Assembly: GCA_963718525.1 (NCBI GenBank)
Contig: OY970355.1
Location: 1,664,001 to 1,728,000 of the forward strand
Reading direction: 5' to 3'
Length of the DNA stretch: 64,000 bases
Origin: Candidatus Dormiibacterota bacterium
GTDB lineage: Bacteria > Chloroflexota > Dormibacteria > Aeolococcales > Aeolococcaceae
Shown here one piece after another: positions 9,918 to 20,104 of the stretch. Numbering within the stretch: position 1 is the first letter of the stretch; each line of letters opens with the position of its first letter. The translations under genes were made by a program, and so were the position numbers. The notes below the pieces were generated by a model. The model was not told the DNA's origin, ran no database searches, and worked only from the letters and a program-made list of their open reading frames with translations.

Positions 9918-11597
9918 ATGCCTGAAACACCGTCGACGCGACCGAGCTCGGTGATGCTGCATGGTCCTGATCGCGCGCCCGCGCGAGCGATGCTTCGAGC
10001 GATCGGCTTCAGTCGCGAGGACCTGGAACGGCCGATCATCGGCGTCGGCCACTCCTGGATCGAGACCATGCCGTGCAACTGGAACCATCGCGCCCTCGCC
10101 GAGCGGGTGAAGGACGGTGTCCGTGCGGCCGGCGGCACGCCGATGGAGTTCAACACCATCGCAGTCAGCGATGGCGTCACGATGGGAACGCAGGGGATGA
10201 AGGCGTCGCTGGTGTCACGCGACTTGATCGCCGACTCGATCGAGCTGGTCACCCGCGGGCACAGCTTCGATGGGCTCGTGCTCATCGTCGGCTGCGACAA
10301 GACGATCCCAGGGGCTGCGATGGCCTTGAGCCGCCTGGACATTCCGGGCCTTGTGCTCTACGGCGGCACCATCCAGCCGGGACACCTGCGCGGCCGCGAC
10401 CTCACGGTCCAGGATGTGTTCGAGGCCGTCGGCGCATACAACGCCGGCCGGATCGACGCCGATGAGCTACGCGCGGTGGAGGAGCACGCCTGCCCGGGAG
10501 CGGGTGCATGTGCCGGCCAGTACACGGCGAACACGATGAGCACGGCGCTCGAGTTTCTCGGGCTGTCGCCCCCGGGCGCCAATGCGGTCCCGGCGACCCA
10601 CCCCGACAAGCCGGCCGTCGCCGAGGCCGCGGGCCGGCTGGCGGTGCAGCTTGTCGAGGCGGGCATCAATCCGCGGTCGATCACCACTCGTGCCGCCTTC
10701 GAGAACGCCATCGCGTCGTTCTCTGCCACGGGTGGTTCCACCAACGCGGTACTCCATCTGCTGGCGATTGCCGTCGAGGCGGGAATCCCGCTCGAGATGG
10801 ACGACTTCGACGCCATCTGCGCGCGGACGCCGATCCTCGCCGACCTTCGCCCAGGAGGGCGCTTCGTGGCGACGGATCTCTTCGCCGCGGGAGGGCTCGG
10901 CGTGGTCATGCAGCGTCTCCTCGAGCTGGGGCTGCTGCATGGCGATGCGGTGACGGTCGACGGGCGGACCCTCGCCGAGGTCGCCGCATCGGCAACCGAG
11001 ACACCGGGACAGCAGGTGATCCGCGCGGCGGACGCGCCGCTCAACAAGCACGGAGGGATTGCGGTGCTGCGTGGGAATCTCGCCCCTGAAGGGTGTGTCG
11101 TCAAGCTCGCAGGCCACGATCGCAACTCGCATCGTGGACCGGCACGGGTCTTCGATTCGGAGGAGGAGGCGTTCGCCGCTGTTCGTGAGGGCGGCGTCCA
11201 CCCGGGCGACGTCGTCGTGATCCGCTACGAGGGGCCGGTGGGCGGTCCCGGCATGCGCGAGATGCTCGGGGTCACCGGCGCGATCGTCGGCGCAGGTCTC
11301 AGCGACTCGGTGGCGCTGATCACCGACGGCCGGTTCTCAGGCGCGACCCACGGCTTCATGCTCGCGCACATCGCCCCGGAGGCGGCGCTTGGTGGTGCGA
11401 TCGCCGCCCTTCGCGATGGGGACATGGTGAACATCGACGTGCTCGCGCGCCGTGTCGACGTCGAGCTCGATGACACGGAGATTGCAGCGCGGCTCGAGGC
11501 GTGGAAGCCGCCGGAACCACGGTATGCGACCGGCGTCTTCGCCAAATATGCGGCCACGGTGTCGTCCGCAAGCCTCGGAGCGGTTACGGGGCGCTGA
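9918..11597 (+). CDS. ilvD: Dihydroxy-acid dehydratase
   Basis: [46 protein letters not shown] and TDGRFSG motifs. TATGCT lies 7 nt before ATG 9918. Confidence 0.96.
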   Translation: MPETPSTRPSSVMLHGPDRAPARAMLRAIGFSREDLERPIIGVGHSWIETMPCNWNHRALAERVKDGVRAAGGTPMEFNTIAVSDGVTMGTQGMKASLVSRDLIADSIELVTRGHSFDGLVLIVGCDKTIPGAAMALSRLDIPGLVLYGGTIQPGHLRGRDLTVQDVFEAVGAYNAGRIDADELRAVEEHACPGAGACAGQYTANTMSTALEFLGLSPPGANAVPATHPDKPAVAEAAGRLAVQLVEAGINPRSITTRAAFENAIASFSATGGSTNAVLHLLAIAVEAGIPLEMDDFDAICARTPILADLRPGGRFVATDLFAAGGLGVVMQRLLELGLLHGDAVTVDGRTLAEVAASATETPGQQVIRAADAPLNKHGGIAVLRGNLAPEGCVVKLAGHDRNSHRGPARVFDSEEEAFAAVREGGVHPGDVVVIRYEGPVGGPGMREMLGVTGAIVGAGLSDSVALITDGRFSGATHGFMLAHIAPEAALGGAIAALRDGDMVNIDVLARRVDVELDDTEIAARLEAWKPPEPRYATGVFAKYAATVSSASLGAVTGR

Positions 11598-12147
11598 CCC
11601 CGACCCTCCCGACCGCTCCGCGCAGTCCGCGGCAGCCGATACAGCCCGTGCAGTCGATGCAGTCGGTACATGCCACGCAGGCGATGCAGCGTGTGCAGCG
11701 GAGACACGCGATCGTCAGCACGCAGCGCCGGATGGCTGCGCTGAAGAATGTCAGGACGCTGCCGGCGACCGCCGTGCTGGCGACCGTGACTGCGCTCCTG
11801 ACCACGGCTGCGCTGAACGCGGTTGCGGCGCTTCCCGCCACGGCAGCCGAGCCGCGGGTGAGAGCCGAACCTGCAATCGCGGAGGAGTAGGAGGTCGCGG
11901 CGGAACCGGCCACGGCCGATGAGCGGCGCGTCGCGACGCTCCCCGCGACCGCTGCGCTGTCGACGGTGAGAGCGCTGCCGGCGACCGCGACGCTGCCGCT
12001 CGTGAGACCGGCGTCGCGCACCGCATCTTCCCCGTGCGGCTCCACGGAGAGCTCGCGGCGCAGCGCGAGAACGCGTGCGACCGTCACCGCTCCGAGCAGA
12101 CCGAGAGCCGCCGAAACCACGATCCGCCTACCGCGTCCGGCTGTCAT
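11584..12147 (-). CDS. Membrane-anchored or secreted Ser/Cys hexad-repeat protein (187 aa), function unknown
   Basis: Basic N-terminus plus a hydrophobic segment, about 15 xxSxxV/T/I hexads, then CxxCxxC repeats. TAGACT lies 7 nt before ATG 12147. Confidence 0.75.
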   Translation of the reverse strand: MTAGRGRRIVVSAALGLLGAVTVARVLALRRELSVEPHGEDAVRDAGLTSGSVAVAGSALTVDSAAVAGSVATRRSSAVAGSAATSYSSAIAGSALTRGSAAVAGSAATAFSAAVVRSAVTVASTAVAGSVLTFFSAAIRRCVLTIACLRCTRCIACVACTDCIDCTGCIGCRGLRGAVGRVGVSAP

Positions 12148-12169
12148 CCGAATCAGTCTAGCCCGCTGA

Positions 12170-13756
12170 CTACAGCAGCTCCGATCCGACCCCCGCCTCG
12201 ACCGGCTTGGCTCCGTCGATCTCGGACCCCACATCGAGCCCGAGCGGCTCGTCGGCGGCCGGAATCCCCCGCGCCTTGGTCCGCAGCGGGATCTCCTTGA
12301 TCAGCAGCGTCAGGAAGAACGCGATCACCAGGATCGGCACCGCTGTGAGGAAGACGACATGGAGTGACTCGGAGACGGCGTTGACGAGCCCCGTGTGAAT
12401 TGCGGCCGGGAGGTGGGCGAGTTGCGCCGGGTTGCCCTCGAGCGACGCGGGGTTGATACCCGAATGAAGCGCGCTCGCGGGCAGGTTGCGCTTGAGGTTG
12501 GATGCCAGCTGGTTGCTGAAGATCGCGCCGAAGATGGCCACACCGAACGACGCGCCCATCGAACGGAGGAACGTCGCCGAGCTGGTGCCGACACCGAGGT
12601 CTCGCTGCTCCACCGCGTTCTGGACGGCGATGACTAAAACCTGCATAACGCACCCGAGTCCGAGACCGAGCACCACCATGTAGAGGGAGAGGATCCAGCG
12701 CGGGGTCTGCGGGTCGATGGTCGACAGCAGGAAGACACCGATTGCCGCCAGCGCGGTGCCGACGACCGGAAAGATCTTGTATCGCCCGCTCCGGCTGATC
12801 AGCTGACCACTCGTGATCGATGCGACGAGCAACCCGGCCATGAGCGGGAGGATGTTCAGGCCCGAGCTCGTTGCGCTTGCACCGTCGACGAGTTGCAGGA
12901 AGACCGGAAGAAACGTGATCGCTCCGAACATCGCGAACCCGATCACGAAGCCGACGCCACTCGCGACGTTGAACACCTGGATGCGGAACAGCCGGAAGGG
13001 GAGGATCGGCTCGGCGGCCCGCCGCTCGACGACCGCGAATGCCGCCAGCATCAAAGCGCCGATGATCGCGAGACCGATGATCGGGAGCGACGCCCACGCG
13101 TACTGAGTTCCGCCCCAGGTGGTCATCAGGATGAGCGAGGACGCGCCGGCGGCCAGGAAGAAGGCCCCGAGCCAGTCGATGCTGTGCGAGATGCGGTGCG
13201 CCGGCGTCTTGAGCACGGTCGCCGTCACGCCCAGCGCCACCGCGGCGATCGGAACGTTGATGTAGAAGATCCATCGCCAGGACACGTCGTCGGTGAGGAA
13301 TCCGCCGATGACCGGCCCGGCGACACTGGCCAGCGCGAAAACGCCTCCCATCCATCCCTGGTACTTGCCGCGCTCGCGGGGCGGAACGACGTCGCCGATG
13401 ATCGCCTGGGCGCCGACCATGAGGCCGCCGGCACCGATTCCCTGGATAGCGCGGAAGCCGATGAGCTCGAGCATGTTCTGCGAGAGGCCGGCGAGCATCG
13501 AGCCGACGATGAAGATGACGATCGCCGCCTGGAACAGGAACTTACGGCCGTAGAGGTCGCCGAGCTTGCCGTAGAGAGGTGTCGAGACCGTCGAAGCGAG
13601 CAGGTACGAGGTGACCACCCAGGAGAGCTGGTTCAGACCTCCGAGATCGCCGACGATGGTCGGCAGCGACGTTGAGACAATCGTCTGATCAAGGGCTGCG
13701 AGGAGCATGCCCAGCATCAGGGCCCCGAGCACCGCGTAGATCTGGCGCTGCGTCAT
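12170..13756 (-). CDS. MFS drug efflux transporter (DHA2/EmrB-QacA family)
   Basis: LAALDQTIVSTSLP, GKLGDLYGRK and WRWIFYINVP motifs; about 14 TM segments. Confidence 0.93.
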   Translation of the reverse strand: MTQRQIYAVLGALMLGMLLAALDQTIVSTSLPTIVGDLGGLNQLSWVVTSYLLASTVSTPLYGKLGDLYGRKFLFQAAIVIFIVGSMLAGLSQNMLELIGFRAIQGIGAGGLMVGAQAIIGDVVPPRERGKYQGWMGGVFALASVAGPVIGGFLTDDVSWRWIFYINVPIAAVALGVTATVLKTPAHRISHSIDWLGAFFLAAGASSLILMTTWGGTQYAWASLPIIGLAIIGALMLAAFAVVERRAAEPILPFRLFRIQVFNVASGVGFVIGFAMFGAITFLPVFLQLVDGASATSSGLNILPLMAGLLVASITSGQLISRSGRYKIFPVVGTALAAIGVFLLSTIDPQTPRWILSLYMVVLGLGLGCVMQVLVIAVQNAVEQRDLGVGTSSATFLRSMGASFGVAIFGAIFSNQLASNLKRNLPASALHSGINPASLEGNPAQLAHLPAAIHTGLVNAVSESLHVVFLTAVPILVIAFFLTLLIKEIPLRTKARGIPAADEPLGLDVGSEIDGAKPVEAGVGSELL

Positions 13757-14235
13757 GCGGTGGCCCTCCGGAGCGGCTCTCCGGCGTCATCGCCCACGGT
13801 CGCGGCGATGCGCTCGGTCAGGTCGACATATGTCTGCAACTCGTCGTCATCCAGCGCCGTGAACACCTCGGCCGAGGCGCGGCGCATGCCCGCCTTGAAG
13901 CGCGCGGCGAGCTCCTTGGCACGCTCGGTCGGCACGACGTGCTGCACCCTGCGGTCGTGCTCATCGCGCACGCGGGTCACCAGCCCGCGGCGCTCGAGTT
14001 GATCGATCAGCTGGGTGGCGCCACTGAGCCCGATGCCCTGCGCCTCGGCGACCTCGCGCATGCTCATGCCATCACCGAGCAGGAGGCGACGAACCACCTC
14101 CATCTGGTGCAGAGTGGTCCCGCCGACCTCGGCGAACTCAGACTGCAGGGTGGGCGAGGCCACCTCCAGGAAGCGGCGACGCAAGTCCCCCTGGGCCGCC
14201 ATGAGGCGTTCGAGCAGGAGGGAGCGGTCCTTCAT
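13753..14235 (-). CDS. MarR family transcriptional regulator
   Basis: wHTH LSGATQLIDQLERRGLVTRVRDEHDRR; overlaps the MFS start. Confidence 0.9.
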   Translation of the reverse strand: MKDRSLLLERLMAAQGDLRRRFLEVASPTLQSEFAEVGGTTLHQMEVVRRLLLGDGMSMREVAEAQGIGLSGATQLIDQLERRGLVTRVRDEHDRRVQHVVPTERAKELAARFKAGMRRASAEVFTALDDDELQTYVDLTERIAATVGDDAGEPLRRATA

Positions 14236-14325
14236 GGGAGAGATAATACATCACATGAAGTATTCGTGCCGCGGGTCAGCGCCCGCGCTTGGCCCGCCCG
14301 CGAAGAGATCAGGTATAAGTCCGCG

Positions 14326-15783
14326 GTGATCCAGCATCCCTCCGCGAGCTTCGCCTTCACCGCGCGGTGTCGAATCGTGAACCGCCCCGGAATGCTCGGC
14401 GAGCTCACCTCCGCCATCGGGAGCGTCGGGGGCGACATCCGCGCTGTCGACATCGTTCGCGTCGAGGGCAAGGGGATCGTCAGGGATGTCACCGTGCTCG
14501 CCGCCGACGCGGACCACGCGCAGCGGCTGATTCAGCGGATGTCGGCGGTACCGGGCGTTGAGGTGCTCGAATACTCGGACCGAACGTTCCTCGCGCACCT
14601 GGGCGGGAAGATCGAGGTGACTCCACGGCACCCCATCCGCACCCGCGACGACCTTTCGATGGTGTACACGCCCGGGGTCGCCAGGATCTGCATGGCGATC
14701 GTTGAAGATCCGCGCCGCGTCCGCAACCTGACGATCAAGCGCAACGCGGTGGCCATCGTCACCGACGGCAGCGCGGTGCTCGGCCTGGGCAACATCGGAC
14801 CCGACGCGGCGATTCCGGTGATGGAGGGCAAATCCATGCTCTTCAAGGAATTCGGGAGCGTCGATGCGTTTCCACTGTGCCTCGGCACCCAGGATGTCGA
14901 CGAGATCGTCGCGACCGTCGTCAACATCGCGCCGATCTTCGGCGGCATCAATCTCGAGGACATCGCCGCGCCGCGCTGCTTTGAGATCGAGCGCCGGCTC
15001 ACCGACGTGCTCGACATCCCGGTGTTCCATGACGATCAGCACGGCACCGCCATCGTGGTCACCGCGGCGCTGATCAACGCGCTGAAGATCGTCGGCAAAC
15101 GCCTCGAGGATGTGCGGGTGGTCTGCCTTGGCGTCGGAGCGGCGGGCACGGCCGTGACCCGCCTCCTGATCGCTGCTGGAGTTGGTCACGTCGTGGGCGT
15201 CGACCGCGCCGGAATCCTCAACGAGGACACGCCGGATCTCAGCCCCGCGCAGCAGAGCTACGCCGCGGCCACCAATCGGCAGCGACTCCGCGGCGGCCTG
15301 CGTGAAGCACTCGATGGGGCGGACGTCTTCATCGGCACCAGCGTCGGCGGTGCTTTCGACGCGGATCTCGTGCGCGTGATGGCCCCGAACCCCATCGTGT
15401 TTGCGCTTGCCAACCCCGAGCCCGAGGTGCAGCCGGAGGCGATCGAGGGGCTGGCTGCCGTGATCGCCACCGGGCGAAGCGACTACCCGAATCAGATCAA
15501 CAATGTCCTGTGCTTTCCGGGCTTCTTCCGAGGCCTGCTCGACAGCGGCGCCGCGCAGATCACCGACGGGATGAAGCTGGCGGCTGCGCGAGCGATCGCG
15601 GGTGTCGTCGGGGATGATCTCAACCCCGAATACATCATCCCGTCGGTCTTCAATCGGGACGTCGCGCCCGCGGTCGCCGCGGCCGTGATCGATGAGGCGA
15701 GGACCAGCGGACTGGCTCGTGAGTACTCGGATCTCATCGACCCGCTCCACGTGGCCGGCACGAGCCGCGAGCTCGGGCCCTGA
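14326..15783 (+). CDS. NAD(P)-dependent malic enzyme with N-terminal ACT domain
   Basis: [17 protein letters not shown] start; [26 protein letters not shown] and [15 protein letters not shown] motifs. Confidence 0.92.
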   Translation: MIQHPSASFAFTARCRIVNRPGMLGELTSAIGSVGGDIRAVDIVRVEGKGIVRDVTVLAADADHAQRLIQRMSAVPGVEVLEYSDRTFLAHLGGKIEVTPRHPIRTRDDLSMVYTPGVARICMAIVEDPRRVRNLTIKRNAVAIVTDGSAVLGLGNIGPDAAIPVMEGKSMLFKEFGSVDAFPLCLGTQDVDEIVATVVNIAPIFGGINLEDIAAPRCFEIERRLTDVLDIPVFHDDQHGTAIVVTAALINALKIVGKRLEDVRVVCLGVGAAGTAVTRLLIAAGVGHVVGVDRAGILNEDTPDLSPAQQSYAAATNRQRLRGGLREALDGADVFIGTSVGGAFDADLVRVMAPNPIVFALANPEPEVQPEAIEGLAAVIATGRSDYPNQINNVLCFPGFFRGLLDSGAAQITDGMKLAAARAIAGVVGDDLNPEYIIPSVFNRDVAPAVAAAVIDEARTSGLAREYSDLIDPLHVAGTSRELGP

Positions 15784-15928
15784 AACCGACCCGGGCAGTT
15801 CTCCACACCTCACGGGCCGGACGGTGGGTTGGTTCGGGCTTAGGTATGTCCGGTTTTCCACAGCCAGCTGTGGAAAGGCGATGGCCTGTACGGATGCCGC
15901 TGCTATGGGTGATGCGAGAACTCGTGCA

Positions 15929-16648
15929 GTGGATATCAACCAGCACATCGACCGCATCCGTGCCGACGGCGAAGCGCTTGCGGAGGCCGCGGCAGCAGGA
16001 CCGCTCGACGTCCCCGTGCCCGGCTGTCCCGGCTGGGACGTCGAAGCACTCCTACGCCACGTCGGTGACGTGCATCGCTGGGCGACCATGATCGTTCGAG
16101 ACCGGCTTGCGGAGCGCCCGCAGCGTGATTTCGAGGGGCCGGCGGGACGCGAGGAGCTGCTGGCCTGGTACCGGGACGGCTGCGCCGCGCTGATCGACAC
16201 TCTCCAGGCCGGGTCCGAGGAGGACACGTTCTGGTACTGGGGGCCTGCGCCGAACGCGCTCGCCTTCTGGGCTCGCCGCCAGGCCAACGAGACTGCCGTC
16301 CACCGCTGCGACGCCGAGTCCGCACGCGGTCCGATCACAGCACTCACCGTGGTGGACGCGCTCGACGCCCTGGACGAGTGGTTCGGTCTCGCGGTCCGGC
16401 GGGCACGGGCACCCGAAGGCGGCGGCCGCATCCTGCGACTCGGCGCCACGGACACGGGCACCACCTGGAACCTGATCATCGGTGATCGTGTCGAGGTCAC
16501 GAGCGATCGGGGAAGGGGACACTGCGAGCTGCGCGGCACGGCGTCGGACCTATATCTCTGGTCGATGAACCGGCGCGGCACCGACGGCATCGCCGTGTCA
16601 GGTGACGACAGCCTCTTGCGGGTTTGGGCCGACAATGTCAGATTCTGA
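15929..16648 (+). CDS. Maleylpyruvate isomerase (MDMPI/DinB-like) family protein
   Basis: VPGCPGWDVEALLRHVG and RRQANETAVHRCDAE motifs. The start could instead be ATG 15905. Confidence 0.82.
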   Translation: MDINQHIDRIRADGEALAEAAAAGPLDVPVPGCPGWDVEALLRHVGDVHRWATMIVRDRLAERPQRDFEGPAGREELLAWYRDGCAALIDTLQAGSEEDTFWYWGPAPNALAFWARRQANETAVHRCDAESARGPITALTVVDALDALDEWFGLAVRRARAPEGGGRILRLGATDTGTTWNLIIGDRVEVTSDRGRGHCELRGTASDLYLWSMNRRGTDGIAVSGDDSLLRVWADNVRF

Positions 16649-17228
16649 GGGCTCGGACGTCGGGGCGCCGCCGAGTCCCGGCGAGCTGCGCATGCGCGCG
16701 GCCACGATCGGGGAGCCCCAACGCATCGACGGGGCCATCGAGTTGCTCCCTTATGACGACGCGTGGCCGCGTCTGTATGCGGTCGAAGCTGCGCGCGTCA
16801 CCGGCGTCCTCGGCACCAAGGCGCTGCTGCTTGAGCACGTCGGCTCCACCTCGGTGCCAGGACTGCCTGCCAAGCCCATCATCGACATGCTGCTCGTGGT
16901 CGCGGACTCGTCGGCCGAGGACGACTACGTTGCGCCCATGGAGCGCGCCGGGTACGTCCTGCGCATTCGCGAGCGCGACTGGTACGAACACCGGCTCCTC
17001 AAGGGCCCGAACGCGAGCATCAACCTGCATGTGTTCTCGTCCGGATGCGTCGAGATCGACCGGATGCTGCGCTTTCGCAACCATCTCCGGACCGATGCGT
17101 CAGACCGCGAGCTTTACGCGCAGACCAAACGCGAGCTGGCAGCGCGGCGATGGAACTACGTTCAGGAATATGCGGATGCCAAGACCGAGGTGGTGGAGGC
17201 GATCATCACCCGTGCCGGCGAGGCGTGA
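16635..17228 (+). CDS. GrpB family (nucleotidyltransferase-like) protein
   Basis: EHVGSTSVPGLPAKPIIDML and FRNHLR...YAQTKRELA...YADAK motifs. Confidence 0.9.
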   Translation: MSDSEGSDVGAPPSPGELRMRAATIGEPQRIDGAIELLPYDDAWPRLYAVEAARVTGVLGTKALLLEHVGSTSVPGLPAKPIIDMLLVVADSSAEDDYVAPMERAGYVLRIRERDWYEHRLLKGPNASINLHVFSSGCVEIDRMLRFRNHLRTDASDRELYAQTKRELAARRWNYVQEYADAKTEVVEAIITRAGEA

Positions 17229-17231
17229 TCG

Positions 17232-17753
17232 TCAGGCGCTGACGCGCACCTCGCACAGGCAGTACCGGGTCCCGTCGATCACGATCTCGTCCACGGCGGT
17301 GAAGCCGTACCGCTCGTAGTATCGGCGTATGCCGGGGTTGTCCGCGAGACAGTCGAGGCGGACGAACGACCGCCCGCGGCTGCTTGCCTCGCGGAGGCAC
17401 CATTCGACTGCGTGACGCCCTGCGCCGGCAGCCAGGCGCCGCACGGCGAATCGATGGAGATACAGCGCGTCATCGCCCGCAAACGGCCAGAAGATCGGAT
17501 CTCGTTCCAGCAGCGAGAAGGTCGCCACAGGCCTGTCTCCGCGCCACACGAGGTGCAGGCCGCCTGCGGCGATGTCGCCGCGGAGTTGAGACATTCCGAC
17601 GCTGTCGAGACCGGTGAATGAACCCGGTACCCAGCTTGGGAAGCCGTGCGACGCGCCCCAGGCGGCCACCTCTTCGATGATCGATGCGCTGACCAGCGCG
17701 TCTCGAGAGGCGGCAACTCGAAGCTCGGTGTCAGCCTCCGGACCTCGTGTCAC
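17232..17753 (-). CDS. GNAT family N-acetyltransferase
   Basis: LYLHRFAVRR and VRLDC..DNPGIRRYYERYGF motifs. TACGCT lies 6 nt before GTG 17753. Confidence 0.85.
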   Translation of the reverse strand: MTRGPEADTELRVAASRDALVSASIIEEVAAWGASHGFPSWVPGSFTGLDSVGMSQLRGDIAAGGLHLVWRGDRPVATFSLLERDPIFWPFAGDDALYLHRFAVRRLAAGAGRHAVEWCLREASSRGRSFVRLDCLADNPGIRRYYERYGFTAVDEIVIDGTRYCLCEVRVSA

Positions 17754-17787
17754 GCGTCGAGCGTAGTCGCGCCGAGCAGGTGAGCGC

Positions 17788-18684
17788 CTAAGTGCCCTTC
17801 GCGGTGCGCTCGGCGACGGCCTGGATCTCCTCGAGCCCGTACAGAAAGTGAGCGCGGCGAACCTCGTCGAGCGCCGCGTCGTCGACGTTGTTCCTCGCGG
17901 CAGGTGCCACGGGAGCGCCCGGCGTCGCCGGCCGCGCCACAAGGCGGGCGTCCACGTCTTCGATGCCGCCGCCCACCGGGATGTAACCGAGGTCCCTGGT
18001 TTCCGCGGCCTCCATCATCCATCGCGCAACCGCGGCACTGATTGGGGACAGGACCTCCTGGTCCAGCCACTGCAGGTCCGACGCTGTCGGAGCGCTGAGC
18101 TCACGGTTGAACGGGGGAGGGACGACGTTGACGTCATGCCCGTTGACCGTGATGTGGATCTCGGTCGGACGGTCCTCATCGGAGCTGATCGAGACCCGGA
18201 GGGTCACGCTCGTCGCGGAGAGTGTCTTCCACTGTTTCTCCCACACCCGGCTGTGCGACACGGGGTTGAACCTGCGTCGCACCGGCTCGGCGACGAGCAT
18301 CTCACCGTTCAACGCACAGAAGACGTTGAGGGTCGCGATGACCTCGTCCGCCGCGGCAGAGGAGATCCATTGCAGCACCGGGACGGTGCGGCTGTCGATG
18401 TCCGGATGCGATGCGGCTCCGAACTCCCATTCGAGCGCCTGCATGGCATGGGCGTGCAGGGCGCAGTAGACCTTCCCGTCGACGACGCTCCGGTCCGCGG
18501 GACACCACGCTGTCTTGCAACGTCGTCCGCGGCGGTCGACATAGCTGCACGGCATGCCTGCAAGCGATGAGCAGCGGAGCGCCGAGCACGGCTGATTGCC
18601 GGCCACGGTCTCCGGACGGCGCGTGGCGTCGTCCCGGGACGTGGCGGCGCGCTGCTCAGCCGTCCCTGTTCGCCACCTCAGCAT
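17788..18684 (-). CDS. Hypothetical protein with N-terminal Cys/His cluster
   Basis: CSALRC...CSYVDRRGRRCKTAWC...YCALH in a long ORF. Start position uncertain. Confidence 0.65.
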   Translation of the reverse strand: MLRWRTGTAEQRAATSRDDATRRPETVAGNQPCSALRCSSLAGMPCSYVDRRGRRCKTAWCPADRSVVDGKVYCALHAHAMQALEWEFGAASHPDIDSRTVPVLQWISSAAADEVIATLNVFCALNGEMLVAEPVRRRFNPVSHSRVWEKQWKTLSATSVTLRVSISSDEDRPTEIHITVNGHDVNVVPPPFNRELSAPTASDLQWLDQEVLSPISAAVARWMMEAAETRDLGYIPVGGGIEDVDARLVARPATPGAPVAPAARNNVDDAALDEVRRAHFLYGLEEIQAVAERTAKGT

Positions 18685-18789
18685 TTCTTGACCTGGGTTG
18701 ATCGAGCGGCTCGCTCGGTGTCGAACCATGCTAGGTGACGCTGCACCGCGTGTATGGCAAGCCTGTAACGAAGCGTGACCCTGCTGCGA

Positions 18790-19944
18790 TCACTCCTCGC
18801 GGCTGGATCGCCGTTTCGCCGTGAGCTTGCGAATGCGCTGAAACTCCGCCGACGGCTCGCGGTGGGGCGGACGCTCCGGCGGCTGCAAGCTCGGGGGAAG
18901 ATTCCGGCGCGGTCCGGCCCACAACGCGGGTGGCGCGTTGACGGCATCCGCGATCCGGTACGCCAGCGACTCGTAGTTCACCCGCCAGCCGCGGAAGTGG
19001 ATCCATGATTCCGCCGGAGGGCGCTGCATGGTCCAGCCCACGTGTTCGAGGTGGTGGATGGCGTCCTGATAGTTCGCCTCGGTCAGCTGAATGGGATCGC
19101 TCGGTTTCGGGTCGGGGTCATAGGTCACGCCGACGACGGTTGCGAGGTCCCGAAGGCACATGTAGCCCATGCGGAGGAACGCTCGAGCCTCCGACGGTGC
19201 CAGCAGCGGCTGTGTCGCAAGGTGCATCGCGGCAGCGTCCATCACCGCAAGCAGTCCGATTACCCACGACCGGTACGGGTGCGGAGACCGGAACCACAGC
19301 AGGACCGGGTACGAGGCGTGAGTCTCGGCAACGTCGGCAGCCCATTCCTCCCAGCGCTGGTACAGGCTCCCCAGGTTCTGGACATTGTCGACCAGTTCAC
19401 TTCGGGCCAGCAGCTCCGGACCCCAGGCGGGTGATCCTGCCCGGCTGTCGAGCATCGTCACCAACCGCTCCCGGCGGTTGAAGGCAGCATAAAGCACGGG
19501 CAGATAGGCGATCTGCAGGGCGACGAGCCACAGGCCGGCCGCCGCGGCGCAGAACACGAGCAGGCGAGGACCTGCCCCTGATTCAACGGCGAAGCCGAGC
19601 GTGAACAGCGACGAGCCGCTCACCGTGAACGCGTGAATCAGGCCGCCGGTCTGCGTAAAGGGCCAGAGCATCAGCGCGAATCCGACGAGCAATGCCGCCA
19701 GCCAGATGGCCAGGATGACGATGAGGTAGATCGGTGCCTGCATCGCAAGAAAGCGATCCCGCGCTTCGTAGGTTTCGAAGCGATGGGAGATGCGCGAGAA
19801 GAGCCTGATCATCCCTCTGCCCGCGTAGATCTGAATTCTCGACGAGCCGAGCCGCGGAAGCACGAGTGAGGTCACAACGCTCATCAGCGTGGAGAGCACG
19901 ACGACCAGCCCGAGGCCGGCGCCAATCCATTCGACCACCGTCAC
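18790..19944 (-). CDS. Membrane protein with a potassium-channel-like pore region
   Basis: TM helices flank SGSSLFTLGF, followed by a soluble domain (ETHASYPVLLWFRS). Confidence 0.75.
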   Translation of the reverse strand: MTVVEWIGAGLGLVVVLSTLMSVVTSLVLPRLGSSRIQIYAGRGMIRLFSRISHRFETYEARDRFLAMQAPIYLIVILAIWLAALLVGFALMLWPFTQTGGLIHAFTVSGSSLFTLGFAVESGAGPRLLVFCAAAAGLWLVALQIAYLPVLYAAFNRRERLVTMLDSRAGSPAWGPELLARSELVDNVQNLGSLYQRWEEWAADVAETHASYPVLLWFRSPHPYRSWVIGLLAVMDAAAMHLATQPLLAPSEARAFLRMGYMCLRDLATVVGVTYDPDPKPSDPIQLTEANYQDAIHHLEHVGWTMQRPPAESWIHFRGWRVNYESLAYRIADAVNAPPALWAGPRRNLPPSLQPPERPPHREPSAEFQRIRKLTAKRRSSREE

Positions 19945-20104
19945 CCCCGCATCATGGCCGAATGCCGGCGTCGCGAGCAGGCCCGGCCCGCGACGCCGGG
20001 AGGTCAGCTGCCGGCTCGACCGCGGTGATCGGCAAACTATTCCGAATGAGGCCGGTGAAGGGGTCGAGACATCGGTGGCGGGTCAGGCAAATTGGAGGTG
20101 TGAC

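Noticed and set aside
11452-11922. Plus-strand ORFs over the repeat region (QPVQSMQSV...)
   Set aside because: These are antisense readings of the Cys/Ser repeats. The minus-strand ORF has the promoter box, signal-like N-terminus and coherent periodicity.
13672-14325. 218-aa N-terminal extension of the malic enzyme
   Set aside because: It is antisense to marR; homology begins at GTG 14326.
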